In this document: positions 11,346-24,582 of the stretch, in pieces
How positions within the stretch are numbered: the first letter of the stretch is position 1
How the letters are laid out: each line of letters begins with the position of its first letter
Made by a program: the position numbers and the translations under genes
DNA from: Neoconidiobolus thromboides FSU 785
Lineage: Eukaryota; Fungi; Entomophthoromycota
Direction of reading: 5' to 3'
Length of the DNA: 64,000 bases
Assembly (NCBI GenBank): GCA_025603075.1
Contig: MU626279.1
Span: 1-64,000, forward strand
The notes under the pieces: generated by a model
What the model saw: only the letters and a program-made list of their open reading frames with translations
Database searches by the model: none
Told to the model about the DNA's origin: nothing

Positions 11346-11913
11346 CAAGCATAAAACTACTGGTTTGTATGATTTATTACTATTTTAGCTTTTAACCTTT
11401 ATTGTACTTACTAATGTTGAATTACGGGGTTATCTTTTTTTGTAATAATAAAGTTTTAATGCAACTTAATACTAGTTTAATCTATTATTATTTAATTATT
11501 ATAATTGGTACTGGCATATATAACGTATCAACCTTAAAATTTTATAATTAGCTGCTAAGATTTATTTTTATCTCATATTAGGTTATTTAAGTTCTTGACT
11601 ATTTCTCATAATAAATAACAGATAGTATTGAAATTTTAATATTCAATCATGCTTTAGCTAGATATAGTTTTGATTATTTTATCTTTAAAACTAAATATAG
11701 ATTGTTGGGTACTCCTGCTTAAATAATATACTATAATTAAACTTGGAAATCTATTATAAATGCTAGCTTAAAAAAAGTTATAAATGTTTATAATATATAA
11801 TGGTTATCAAAATTGTTTTAAAAATTGAAAGACTAAACTTTGGATGTTCATTTCAACAAATGGAAATTAAAAAACAGTTATTTTTTTTCAAATATATTTA
11901 GTATACATATTAA

Positions 11914-12016
11914 TATGGTGATGTTTTTTTCGCTTCATCATTTTTCCATCTTTTAAGTGTTGTTTAAGTGGGAAAATTGTTAATAAAGTTGTTAAACACA
12001 AAAATACGTCCACATA
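11914..12016 (+). mobile_element. MITE family A, copy 7
   Basis: TATGGTGATGTTTTTTT...AAAAATACGTCCACATA. Confidence 0.85.
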
Positions 12017-12178
12017 TAGTATTACTGAATATAATAAAAAAACTAGTACTTTTTAATTATTATTTATTAAGAAATAAACGTTCAAAGGGGTACTTTAGCT
12101 ATTGGGCTAATTTTTATAAGTATTATATAATTTACAAAGAAAACCATTTTTTTAAACCACTTCAATCAACTTTTATCA

Positions 12179-12282
12179 TATGGGGGTGTGTTTTTTTGTT
12201 TGAGAATTTTACTAATAATCTTTCTGCTCAAATAACCCTTAAAAAATGGATAAAGCGATGAAGTAAAAAAAACATCCCCATA
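12179..12282 (-). mobile_element. MITE family A, copy 8
   Basis: TATGGGGGTGTGTTTTT...AAAAAAACATCCCCATA with inverted internal sequence. Confidence 0.85.
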
Positions 12283-12450
12283 TTAAAATTATTATTGTAT
12301 TAAAACTAATTCTTTTAGCAGCTATTGTTAAAACATATAATTCATCCCTTTAAAAACATAAGTATTCAAAATTTAATATAAAAAAATTAAGAATATTTTT
12401 TATTATAAAAAAAACAATAATAATTAAACACTTCCCTTCTCCCTACATAC

Positions 12451-14593
12451 CTACTCTTCTGTAATCCTTTTCGCTAACTCTAAAAAGCTCTGTCTATCAA
12501 CACCTATGATTTTCCCAAAATTAAAGGCTGCTCTTAATAATTCTTTAAGATGGCTACTTAAGCCTGTAGTGGGTCTTAAATTTTCAATAGAACTAACAGG
12601 TGATAATATATTATTGGCTAAATTCGGTGTAGTTTCTGTGGATGGAGTTGGCTCGATTTCTGTTTCTTTTAATTCTTGACTAATTACTATATTACATAAT
12701 TCTACTTTTTTATCAATTGCTTCTGAAGTTGAAACTTTTTGATTTTCATTTATAAAATCTACCTCATCTTCATTATCTAAATCAATTGAAAACATTGATG
12801 TAGTATCATAAAAGCCTTCGGATTCTTCATCTTCAGATGATAATCTCTTATCTTTAGATTCTTTATCTTCACTTTCATTTTCATTTGAACTATTATCCTC
12901 ATTTTCGATTGGTTCTTCTGTAAAGTCAGAATTTTCTTCTGGTATAGATTGATCATCATTATAACTATTATGGTTAGATACGTCATGGTCACTTATATCA
13001 TTTTTATCTACATTTTCATTATCACTAAAATTAGAACTATTCTCATCTTCATTAGGATTATAATGGGCCTCACTTCCGTCATCCTCGTTATTACGATTGT
13101 CCTCACTATTATCCTTGTCATTATTAATAGATTGTTCATTATCATTAACTTCATAATAATAAAATTCATCACTTTTATCTCCTTTATCATTATTACTATT
13201 ATTATGAAACATAGACTGAGTTTTGTTTTTAACATAACTAATATTACTATCCTCAGTAACAATAAAGTTACTATAATCATAGATAATATTACCATCTCCA
13301 ATATAAGAGTTAATATCACGAACACGTAACATAGTTGCATAATGCTCTTCATAATTTTTGATTGCTGTACCATTTGAATGATCATATTGAATAGGTTTAA
13401 GATCATTTGATAATGTATCAGTTCTAATTCGATGTGGTAACTTCATAAATTTAATTGGGCTTTGAGATGATGCAAATGGATTTGGACTATTTTGATGTGA
13501 TGGATTAGATGTTGCCCCTTCTGTTGAGTTATACGAGCTTTGTCTTCTTTCCATATCACCTTGTATGTTATTACCTTCTATAGCATTATCCTTATTATTC
13601 TTATTGTTTAAAGGTAATGTATTGTCACTTAGATTGTTCTTAATTTTCATCCCCTTTTTAATACTAATAATATTAGTAAATGTAGAATTAGATAATTCAC
13701 TATCCTCATCTAATATTATATTATTATTACTTGATACTCTGACTTCCAATTCACTATCAATATTATCCACTTCAGACAATTCAAAATTCGATGTTACGTC
13801 TTTTAAATATTCTTCTAATGAAGAATTCGTACCACAATCAGATGCTTCATATACTCGATATTTCATCGGCCCTGGTAAAGGTAATTCAATGTTAAACTCA
13901 TCTATTGAACCTTCATCATCCGTAATTTCACTATCTTCACCCCAAAATAAATTCACTGAAAATGGGTCATTTTCATCATCACTATCAGCTAATTTATAAC
14001 CCTTTATATTAATATTAACTCAAATAATACAATGAAAATTTTAATAAATAATAAAATAAACTTACTTTTCCTTTATTTTTTAAATTATAAAGTACTACTG
14101 CTTGAGTTATTGTTGCTCTAAAACCAAATTGAACTAAATATATCTCTTCTTCAATAGTATTATTAGGTAATTGAACTGTAAATAAATTATTAAATTTACA
14201 CATATTATCTTCCCAAATTAATTGAATCACTGGTTTCACGACACTACCAACTTCTTCCATTAAAAAGAGGGGTTGATTAATAATAAAATAACAATACCGA
14301 TTAGATGTATTAGGAAAAAAATACCAAATAATATCTTGTTTATAATCATCGTACATTCGACTAGAATTCCATGATTCGTCAATATAACTTAAAAGTTCAA
14401 TTTTATCAATAGGATAGTCAAACGGATGGGCATTAGTATTGTGAATAAAATGGGTTCTATCTAAAGTTTCATCCAAACCCACTTGTTCATCTATCAATGC
14501 TTGAATGTGTTTAGAAGATAATTGATAAATACTTTCTGGTTCATTATTATAAAAATGAGATATTAGACTATAAAATATCGCTTCTATTCGCAT
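12451..14593 (-). CDS. Hypothetical protein, ~692 aa (N-terminal globular region plus acidic Asn/Asp/Glu low-complexity region); exons 14593-14066 and 14001-12451
   Basis: A GT-AG intron at 14002-14065 joins the 192-aa and 501-aa ORFs in frame (..KNKGK|GYKLADSDD..). Confidence 0.7.
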
Positions 14594-15552
14594 TTTTAAA
14601 GTTTAAAAATTTGATATAGAAACTTAATAAAAAGTAAGGTTTAAATTATAGCTTCAGGCTTTTTTAAGTCTACTGCGGTAAAGGAAGTTACTATTCAAGT
14701 TGGAAATTATGTGCACATTATAAAAATCAGTGGTTGTAATTTAGCGTTAAGTTGTAAATACAAGCTATAGGATTTAGTCAATTTATAGACCTTCGTTACT
14801 TTATTTGTCAAAACGCTAGCAAAAAGGTTTCATTATTGTTTTGCTAAATAGAGCAACAATTTAATAAATCAGTTTAGTTGTAAGATAATGCTCAATTAGG
14901 ACTTTATTCGAAATTAGCAATTTCCTCAGTTAAAGACTGAGAATTGGTTTGCAAATAGTTGTTTTTTTAGAATGGAACTGAAACTTGAAAAATTCATCAA
15001 ATTCGAAAGATGTTGATAAGAATCTAAAAAAGTTTAATTTCCTTAATCTTTTTATAAGCAATTAATTTTAATTTGTTTTATCATATTATTAACTTATTAT
15101 ATAATACCCTTGGCTTAATATCTTGGAATATATAGTTACAGATGCTGATATGTACGGATAATAGTTTTAAAATAGCAATTTAGTGAGTTAAAATTTAAGT
15201 TACTATTTTAAATTATAATAATTTATTTCAATGTTACTTTATTATATATTAATTACTTATATTGCTTACTGTTATTTTTATACTATTAAGACAAGATTAA
15301 TAATATTAAACTTTGATTAAATAAAAACTGATTCAGAAACTAATTAGAATCAATACTTTAACCTTTTTAGTATAATATCTTTTAAAATAAAAATTAAGTT
15401 TGTTTTTAAAAAACAAACTTTATAGTAAAAAAGCTATAATTAAAAAAACCTACAACTAAAATTTAATAATTTGCTTAAAAGTATATTTCCAAAAGAATTA
15501 CTTAAATTCAAACAACCATGCTATTAAAATTAAATATGTTTAAATTTATATA

Positions 15553-15656
15553 TATCGTGATGTTTTTTTTGGCTTCATCACTTTTTCTGTCTTTTAAGCA
15601 CTATTTGAGTGGAAAAATTGTTAGTAAAATTTTAAATATAAAAATACATCCCCATA
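15553..15656 (+). mobile_element. MITE family A, copy 9
   Basis: TATCGTGATGTTTTTTTTGGCTTCATCA...AAAAATACATCCCCATA. Confidence 0.85.
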
Positions 15657-16722
15657 TTGTGTTTTAGTGCAAAGTATAAAAAAACCTTTTAATATAATAT
15701 TTTTTTTAGACTATTTTAAGATTATTTTTTAATAAAATTATCAAGTCTTTTTATAAATATCTTATAAAAATATATAGTAATATCTTTTATTTTATCTTAT
15801 GTAATTTATAGTTTATTATATAAAAGTAAATAAATAATTTTTTTAATTAATAAGCTCTAATAACATAATCATAGCTAAAATAGATTCAAATTATAAAAAA
15901 TAACATAACTAAAAAGTACTATTAAAAATACTTTTTCAAAAAAGCAGTTATAATTTAAAAGAATAGTAATATTAATATTAAATTCCCTTAACAAGTGCAA
16001 AATCTTTTACACCTTTTAAAATTTAATCTTATTTTGAAAAGAGCTATTACCAAGCTAATTTCTAAAAACAAGGTTATTTTGAACAAAATTTATTAGTAAA
16101 ACTAAATTCGGAAAAAATCATGACAGGGTATCCTATATCCTGTCCTTGACGCCAAAAAGACTGGACAATATTATAAAAAAGCACATTACCTAAAAGTTCC
16201 TAACCCTTTATATGTTAATAACTCTCAATACTTTCCATAAAAATACATAGCTCAACTACTTGATACTATGTAAATTTCTACAACTATTATTAATCATAAA
16301 TTAAATAATAGTCATTCAAATAATAACCACTATATTAATATTTTTTAATCGAAAAGTGGGTATTTTAACTTTGTTACTTAGATTTAAAAATGATGCCATA
16401 GCTCTATTTTTTTATAGCAAATTTAAAATGCCCAGTTTACATTTAAAAAAAGATAATATCTATAACAATCGCAACTAAGGCCAAGCACAAGTGAATGACA
16501 CTTTACCAACTAAATTATGTTTGATTGGATTATAATTAAGCTTGGCAAATGGAGACAAATAAAAATTAAAGAAGCCTCAATAATTGGTTAAGATGTGTAA
16601 AAAGTTTTCAAATTATCCACCAAATGGAATACTTGATTAAAAAAACAAGTCACGAAATTAATAAATAGAAACTTAAATTCATTGCTTTTAATTTCAATTA
16701 ATTTTTGATCAATCAATTACAA

Positions 16723-18531
16723 ATGAATCCAAATAACAGTAATAATAATCCTTTCTATACCCCTTTAGATGACGATGAGGTTAACCCTTTTCAAACAATG
16801 AATAGTAACCCTTTTTATCAAAATAGTCATAATAATAATCAACAACAATCTAATCAACGTAACACAATCAATGATGCTTTTAGTGGAAATGAGGGTCTTT
16901 CTAATGATTTGATGCCACAAAGGGTAAAGGAAGAGAATCATAATCAAAATCAAACTAATGCTAGTGGATTTGAGACCAATTTTAATGATGGGCTTACTGT
17001 AAATAATAATATTATTAATAATGATGATGTACATTCCGAAGCTTTGAGGAATTTAAAAGAAATATGTCCAACAATTGATACTGAAGTATTGGAGTTAATC
17101 TTACAAAATAATGATAATAATCTAGAAAAAAGTATTAATGAAGCTTTAACTTTATCCGATCCAAGCTATGTTCCTCCAACTACAGTATCTCACCAGGATA
17201 ATACTCAAGTAAGTTACTAATTTGTTTTTTCTTTTTAATTTGAAACAAAATTTAAAAAAACATAGTTACTAATCTGAATTTTCAATAAATTAGCAAATAA
17301 GTGATGAACAATTAGCAAGAAGTATACAAGAAGAAGAAAATCGAGTGAATAAATTCCATCAAACTCAAAATGATGAAGCTTATGCAAGAGCTATTTTAGC
17401 GGCAGAGCAACAGTATGTTAATGGTAAATAGAAAGTTTATATTTTTATATTTGTAATATGAATAATGTTTTTTATTAAGATATTAGACAACAAAGAGAGG
17501 ATTCAAGACAACGCAATGAAAGAATAGATAGAAACGAAAGAGGAGAATCGGGTGAGCTTATTTTAATCTTTAAATAAGAAGAATAGTAAAACTAATGAAT
17601 ATATTAGAATCTGACAATAATATTAGTAAAATACTTGAGTGTAAGTAAATTAAAATAGTCGTTTTAATATGTTAATAATTGATAATAATTTATTTTATTA
17701 GCAACTAAAAAAAAATTCATGGGATTGTTTAAAAGTAAAAGTGAAGAAGATAATTATCATCGCCCGTTAAAGTAAGTCTTATTAATTTTATTTAATAAAT
17801 AAGTACTAATAAGTTTTTTTATAGTGATGATCAATCTGTTCATTCCGAATTAAGTCATAATAATCCAAACACAACTTCAACATTAAGAAATAATAATAAT
17901 AATCAACAATACAATCTACAAAATGAAGTTACTTTGGGTAGGTTTAATAAATATTAATATTAATCAATTTTATTCTATTGAATAGAAAGAAGAGATAATC
18001 CTAATATAAACAACCGATATAATAATAACAATAATAATTTATTAAATGATGATATATCCGAAGATATGATACCTATTAAACCTATATCTCATTTAAATAA
18101 TGAAGGAAATTATTATAACCAAAATAATAATTTTAATATAAATGGTAAACAATTTTTATATCTTTGTATTACTTATTGAATGTTAAGATTTATTAATAAT
18201 TCTATTTATTTTAGATCCTGTTAGATCCGTTAGTCCATCAACGAACAAGAATAAAAGTTTAAATACTAGTGGTAATAATAATCAGGATTTATTTGAAAGT
18301 AATGTAGTATTTGAGGAAAATCATAGTATGTATTATCATTAATATATTAAATATATGAGTACTAATAAATGAATTATTTTAGATAATTATAATAATAACA
18401 ACAACAATAATAATCCTAATATTACTACAAGTAATAGCAATATAGTCTCTCAAGATCAAGTAGAGTTTGATAGCAATCCATTTTTAAATTCGGATGATTT
18501 CAAGAACAGAAAGAAATCAAATTTTCATTAA
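16723..18531 (+). CDS. CUE-domain (ubiquitin-binding) protein, Cue5-like, multi-exon
   Basis: LKEICPTIDTEVLELILQNNDNNLEKSINEALTL is a CUE motif; the next exon reads QISDEQLARSIQEEE; several GTAAG...AG introns; Asn-rich tail ending TAA at 18531. Confidence 0.75.
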
Positions 18532-18836
18532 TTTTTTGATAGTCTTGACGTCAATATGGAGCTATTCTTATTTCTTTTAATAAATATTTTATTTTATTTC
18601 TTATTTTATTTTTTATTCTATAACTTGTATTTCTATTCTTAAATTTGTATTTCTAAGGAAATACTTTTTTTAATTACGTTGATAATCCAAGTTAAAGCAT
18701 TTATATTATTGGCTAAAGTAATGAGAAGCTAAGAAACTAAGTAAAAAATGAAAATTCAATTTAAAAGTTCAAAATTTAAATTCTTTTATTTTTATAATAT
18801 ACAAATTTAACATAATCAACAATAAAATAAGACCAA

Positions 18837-21156
18837 ATGGAAGAAAGTTTTAATATAACTATTTTAAGTGACTTAATTGGATATCGTATTGATAGTATGG
18901 AATTATTAATTGAGGGGTTTAAAGATTTAAGTAAAAAAATTAAATTTGAAAAAAAAGAAGGTAAATCAAATGTTGTTAAAGCAGTAGAATTATATATTTA
19001 ATCTCAGTTTAAAAGTAAAAAAACTAATTCAATTTCAATTCTTTTAGTAATTCAAGAAACCATCACGAAATTATCGCTTTCTGGTTTATTTTCATTAATC
19101 ATTTCAGATGGAGCGCCATTAAATTTAACCGAAGCTGTAGCTGAATTATTGAAGATTTATTTTGATACTTTATCAGTTGAATTTTTATTTACTAAAGAAT
19201 TTAGAGTAAGTTAAATAATTCATTATAATTTAATTCCATTTATCAATAATTAATTTTATCTAATAGCTTTACCTTATCAATGGATTATCTAGTAGTCATA
19301 TTGCGGTTAGAGAATTAACTTTAGATCAATTATTGAGAGTAGATTATGGACAGGAAATACCAGTAACATTTTACTTTTATTCTATTTGTTATAATAATTA
19401 ATAATGATATTTTATTACTAGTTTGATAAAGAAATCTTATATTTAATATTTGAATGTTTAAAGTTCGAAGAGATCATTATAGCTGATAAAGCAGGCTTAC
19501 TAATTCAAGCGGTAAAATAGAATTCAATAACAAGTTGAGTGTTCTATTTATTAACTTGTTTATTTTTAGATTACAAAAAGTGAAAAGAATTTTGAATCAA
19601 TAATGAAAGATAATGAAATTATTAAAAAATTAGAAAGATTAACTAAAAAGTAAGTTCAAATTCTATAAAAATTATTTAATTTAATATATTAATATTCTTT
19701 TATTTTATTAGTTCAATTACTCAAATAAGAACAATTGAATTGTTATTAAAATTATTATTAAATCAAGAAAATCAATTTGAATTAAGATTCAAACTATTGC
19801 AAGAAAACTTAATTGTCAATCAACTATTTCCAATTAATTTAATTAAAAATCAATCCGACTTGTTATTAAGATTAAATTTAATGGAATTATATATCAAAGT
19901 AATTAAATCATTAATAATAAGTAGAATTTATTTAATATGTTAATTTTGTTTTATTTTAGTTTATCCCTGATTCTAACTTTCAACAATTATTATTAAAAAA
20001 TGAGATATTAGAATTTTTAATAAGTTCATATCCCTTAACAACAATTCCAGCAGTTAATGAATGGGACCCGTTATTATTAACATCAGATCTAAAATTAATT
20101 GGATTAGCTAATTCTCATTTAGTTCAATCAAATGAAGTAAAATAGTTTAAATTTAATTTATAATAGAATGAAATATTAATAAGATTACTTTATTTAATTA
20201 GATAACTAATTTATCTACAAAAACAATTAATTTATTTTTATTTTTATTACAACAAGATATTAATGTGGAATTAAAAGTAAGTTAAGTAATAATAAAATAG
20301 AACAAAATAAAATAATATATTGCTTTTTAGATTTCCTGTTTAAAAGCAATTACTTGTATGGCACAAACATATCATGGTGTATTGTTATTAACTAATAATC
20401 ACTCATTAATGAAATTATTAGCTAACGCTTTTTTTTATTTGGTGGGAGATGCTAGAATTATTGGTTTAAATTGTTTGTCAAGTATTTTTGGGGTTGAGTA
20501 AGTAATAATAAAATAATAATGTATATAATTATATTAATATTTAATTAAACAAATAGTAAACAACCAAATGAAAAACTATCTGCTGGTTGTGAAATTTTAA
20601 CTGATTATTTACAAGGTAATTTATAATAATATTAATAACTTCATTAAGTTTATTATTAATTTTATAGAATATTTAAAAATACCATTTGATATATTAAGAT
20701 ATTGTTCAAATCCAAGTGTAGAAATTAAAATTGCTGCTTATCGATTATTATATACTATCTCATTACATCGTTTTGGTTGTGAGGTAAATTAATGACTATT
20801 TTATATTATGTATATAAAATTAATATAAATATAAATATTAATATATATATTATTTTTATTTAGTTAATAATGAATGATAAAAAAAGTATGGATAAATTAT
20901 TAGATCGTAATATGGAATCCGAATTAGAAGGATTGGTAAGTTAATATATGAATATGTATTTTAATAAGATATAAAATAATTATTAATATTTTATTTTGAA
21001 TTGTAGAAATGGAAATATTCCATTATCAATAATTTAGCAACAAATGCTTCATTAAATATAATTTCTCCACAATTAAAAGAACAATTGGATCTTTATTTAA
21101 AACAAGGAATTGTTTATTCTACTTTCGCACCAAGGGTAGAATTAGATATGGCTTAA
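18837..21156 (+). CDS. PSMD5: 26S proteasome non-ATPase regulatory subunit 5 (Hsm3-like chaperone), about 11 introns
   Basis: ARM/HEAT-like exons and the C-terminal LLDRNMESELEGL.KWKYSII...YLKQGIVY...VELDMA signature. Confidence 0.72.
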
Positions 21157-21304
21157 AATCTTAGAAGAGAGAATCTTGACATTTTTATAAGTAAAATAAG
21201 TCAGCATTTAAAATTATAACTATTATTTATTTTATACTATTTTTATTAAAGTTTATAAAAATGAGGATTTTGTATATATTTGTTATATGTATTATTGAAC
21301 TAAA

Positions 21305-21669
21305 TTAAAATAAAGCAAACCAAAGAAAAAAGATACCAGATGCAATAACAAAAGCTAAAATTAAGGTATCTCTTCGTCGACGGATTGAGATTCGATTAAT
21401 AATGCCATTGATACTGGGTAAACTATCTATAAAAAATTAAAATAAATTTAATGAATAAATAAATGTTATTGTTAAATAAACACTAAAGCATACTTATTAA
21501 TCCTCCAACTCTATTAGTAGAATTTAAAATAGAATGACCTTGTTCACTTAGTTCATTACGAATAGCAAAAGCTTGACTATTAATATATATGTTAATCATA
21601 AATCAATAAAAAAAAATTGAAAAACATTATTCCCAACTCCTATATTTAATATATATCTCTTAACTTTTA

Positions 21670-21708
<39 letters not shown>

Positions 21709-22494
21709 CTACTTACTTTAAAGTAGCATCTGTCATTTCATATGAATTATCGATCACTCCTCTTTCTCCTAAAAAGTAATCCGTTTCATTTTCATTCTCA
21801 ATGCCTTGTAAACGTTCTCTAGCAGATAATGGTTTTTTACTATTATTAATAGGATTATTAAGTGAGGTTTAATTTGATAATGAGATATTGATAATTAATT
21901 TTACTTAAAACTTACTTTAAAAATAATTCATTTCTTGTGGAAGTTTCTACAGCTTTTTTCTAATTAAAATTAAATAAAAGTTAGATTAATTGCTTCTTTT
22001 TTATTAATTAAAAATTTAATATTCTTCTTTTTCTTTTATTGAGAATTCAAAATAAAATTAACTTACTGATACTCGTTCTAATTGTCTTGAAAAATTAATG
22101 TATTTCTCTCGACTTCTTTTAACTAAATAACCTCGATTATCTTGTCCATTATTATTCAAACTTAAATCTTGTTCCATAATCGTGAGTGATTGATCCAACT
22201 AAAATTTAGAAAGATCAGGAATTAGATAGATATAACCAATATTTAATATATCGTTAATTATAATTTTAAAGATTGAAGTTAGGAAATTAAAATCAAACTA
22301 CCTACTTGTTCCATCTTTTGTTTTATTTTTTCCATTTCTTCTTCTTCATTGAAATTTGAATTACTACTGCCTATTTCTTCCCCTTCCTTTTCTTTTTTTA
22401 AATAAAACTGATTGATACTACTTAATTTAAGTTCAATTTCTCGTGTTAATTTTTTACTCTCCTTTGTCAGCTCAGTCCATTCTGTTGAAGTCAT
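21305..22494 (-). CDS. GOS1: Golgi SNARE Gos1/GOSR1, multi-exon
   Basis: N-terminal WTELTKESKKLTREIELKL; SNARE region IDNSYEMTDATL; C-terminal LPSINGIINRISIRRRRDTLILAFVIASGIFFLWFALF tail anchor. Confidence 0.85.
21670..21705. repeat. (AAT)12 microsatellite in a GOS1 intron
   Basis: Directly visible. Confidence 0.9.
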
Positions 22495-22707
22495 TGTTTG
22501 AATGTTTGTTTTTAATTTTTTAAAAAAGATAAAATTGATTCTTCACACATTTGATAATTTAAACTTCATCAAATAGGCCACATCATTAAAATTTTACAAA
22601 CTTGGCATTTATTTAACTCAAAAAAATTCAAACTTTTTAAAAATATCAATAATAAAAGCAATAAAAATTCTACACTTTTAAAATAAAAATAGTATATTTA
22701 TTTAGCC

Positions 22708-24582
22708 TTAATTAATAAGTTTTCCCAATACAGTTTCTGGGGCATATTTTTGAACTACGTCTGGTTTATGTAACATATTAAATTCTTCACTAGCATCTCT
22801 ACCGGCGAACAATAAGATCGCTTTTTTACCCCCTGGATGATCATGCATGAATTTGGTAACATCTAACACTTGTCCATTGACAACAACCCAACAATCATCC
22901 TCTTTATTATGTTGATTCACTTCAGAAAGTGATATACTTTTATCTCCTCCTGATTTCCTTTCCTCTTCTTTTCTACCTTTTTCTTCACCAACATTAATTG
23001 TATCTACATCGACTTTATTGTCACTGGTAACATTATTGTGATCTTGTTGTTGGTTAGATGACCCAGGCCATGTAAGTTCGAGAGTAACTTTATTATTCTC
23101 TGGATTAACATTGACACTAGCTTGTACACCATTAGGACTAAGATGACCACGAATATTGTCTAGGCGATTGACAGCATGACTATCACTGTTTGATGCTAAT
23201 TTCGAATATTGATAACGACATGCTGAAGAACCAGCTACTCTACCATAAACAACACAAGTCAGTAAAGCTGAACCACCAAGTCTATTAGCTCCATGGATAC
23301 CACCTGCTACTTCACCAGCAGCAAATAAACCTTCAATTGGATTGGATTCTTTTAATACTTGAGCTTGATCATTGATCTTAACACCACCCATAGTAAAATG
23401 AAGTACTGGAGTCATGTGAGCTACATAAAAAGTATCATCCATGTTAAAATTATAGTTATGGAAATATTTCTTTTTAAATTCATCCTTCTTTGATTCAGCA
23501 CCACGTACATAATCTTTAAATGTTTTTTCAAGTACTGAGGGATCACAACCAATTTCTTTAGCTAAAGCTTTACCACCTTCAAATTTGAACATAAGGCCAC
23601 GGCCCATGTAATGTTTAATATGCCATTCAATTTCTTTACCAGCTGCTGAATTTAGTACTAAACGAACTGGTCCCTTTGTTTTCCAAATTTCACCAGTAAC
23701 AAAATCACGATGTTGAAGCTCATCAACAAAACGTTTACCTTCTCCATTAATAAGTAAACCACCAACACCACGTAAAGCTTCAGCTGCCAAAAATTTAACT
23801 TTAGCTTGAGGATCTTTTGGATCAACGAGACCTGTTGGGTGAACTTGTACTTTTTCAAGATCGACAGCACTACCACCAATTTCCATTACCATTTTTAAGC
23901 CATCACCAGTACAATGATCTCCATTGGTTGTTGGTAATTCATAGATATCTGGACGATGTTTTTTGAGTACAGAGTTATCAGTGAAATCAGCGGCATAACC
24001 ACCAGTAGCTAAAATGACTGGACCATATTGTGAAAAATTTTTACCTTCTTTTTCAACTTCAACCCCAATAACTTGGTTATTAGAATCTTTAATTAACTTA
24101 ACGACTCTTGCTTTGTTATGGATCTTTACACGCTTTGGTTCAGTCTTGGAAAGTTCTTCCAACTTCTCCATCAAAGCATAAGTGATTGTCATACCTGGAA
24201 ATCTTTCTTTACCACGGTGAGTACGTGGTTCTGAGTGTCCACCTAAACGAGAAATCAAAGAAAGATCTAAAGAGAAGCGTTCTTTAAGCCATTCAACAGC
24301 AGAAGCTGAGCTGTATGTGAGTACTTTGATAAGGTCAGGTCTAGCAAGATCACGAGCGGATTTAAGAGTGTCATTATAGAAAAGCTCAGCACTATCTGGT
24401 ACCTTTTGTTGAACTTGAGTTTGAGTTAAAGCACCATTAATACCCGAGGTTGCTTTAGTACTATTGCCACCAAAGAAAGCACTTTTATCAATTACACATA
24501 CATTACCTCCTTGTTCATAGACAGTATGGGCTGCTGAAAGACCAGCTAAACCACCACCAACGACAATAATTTGTTGTGACAT
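22708..24582 (-). CDS. FAD-dependent fumarate reductase (Osm1/Frd1-like) fused to a C-terminal cytochrome b5 domain
   Basis: GGGLAG FAD-binding motif; QVHPTG, HFTMGG and GGIHGANRLGG motifs; C-terminal HPGG heme-binding motif. Confidence 0.93.
   Translation of the reverse strand: MSQQIIVVGGGLAGLSAAHTVYEQGGNVCVIDKSAFFGGNSTKATSGINGALTQTQVQQKVPDSAELFYNDTLKSARDLARPDLIKVLTYSSASAVEWLKERFSLDLSLISRLGGHSEPRTHRGKERFPGMTITYALMEKLEELSKTEPKRVKIHNKARVVKLIKDSNNQVIGVEVEKEGKNFSQYGPVILATGGYAADFTDNSVLKKHRPDIYELPTTNGDHCTGDGLKMVMEIGGSAVDLEKVQVHPTGLVDPKDPQAKVKFLAAEALRGVGGLLINGEGKRFVDELQHRDFVTGEIWKTKGPVRLVLNSAAGKEIEWHIKHYMGRGLMFKFEGGKALAKEIGCDPSVLEKTFKDYVRGAESKKDEFKKKYFHNYNFNMDDTFYVAHMTPVLHFTMGGVKINDQAQVLKESNPIEGLFAAGEVAGGIHGANRLGGSALLTCVVYGRVAGSSACRYQYSKLASNSDSHAVNRLDNIRGHLSPNGVQASVNVNPENNKVTLELTWPGSSNQQQDHNNVTSDNKVDVDTINVGEEKGRKEEERKSGGDKSISLSEVNQHNKEDDCWVVVNGQVLDVTKFMHDHPGGKKAILLFAGRDASEEFNMLHKPDVVQKYAPETVLGKLIN

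Noticed and set aside
8642-13999. Antisense or alternative-frame ORFs (8642-8959, 12777-12992, 12949-13329, 13008-13406, 13565-13999; likewise 28149-28451, 28659-28907, 47273-47803, 53689-53922)
   Set aside because: Shadows of real genes on the other strand or frame, mostly from low-complexity codon usage.
18837-21156. Introner-like origin of the many PSMD5 introns
   Set aside because: The introns share only AT-richness and splice signals, not alignable sequence or TIRs.
22708-24582. Fumarate reductase-cytochrome b5 fusion as a novelty
   Set aside because: This architecture is already well known in fungi.
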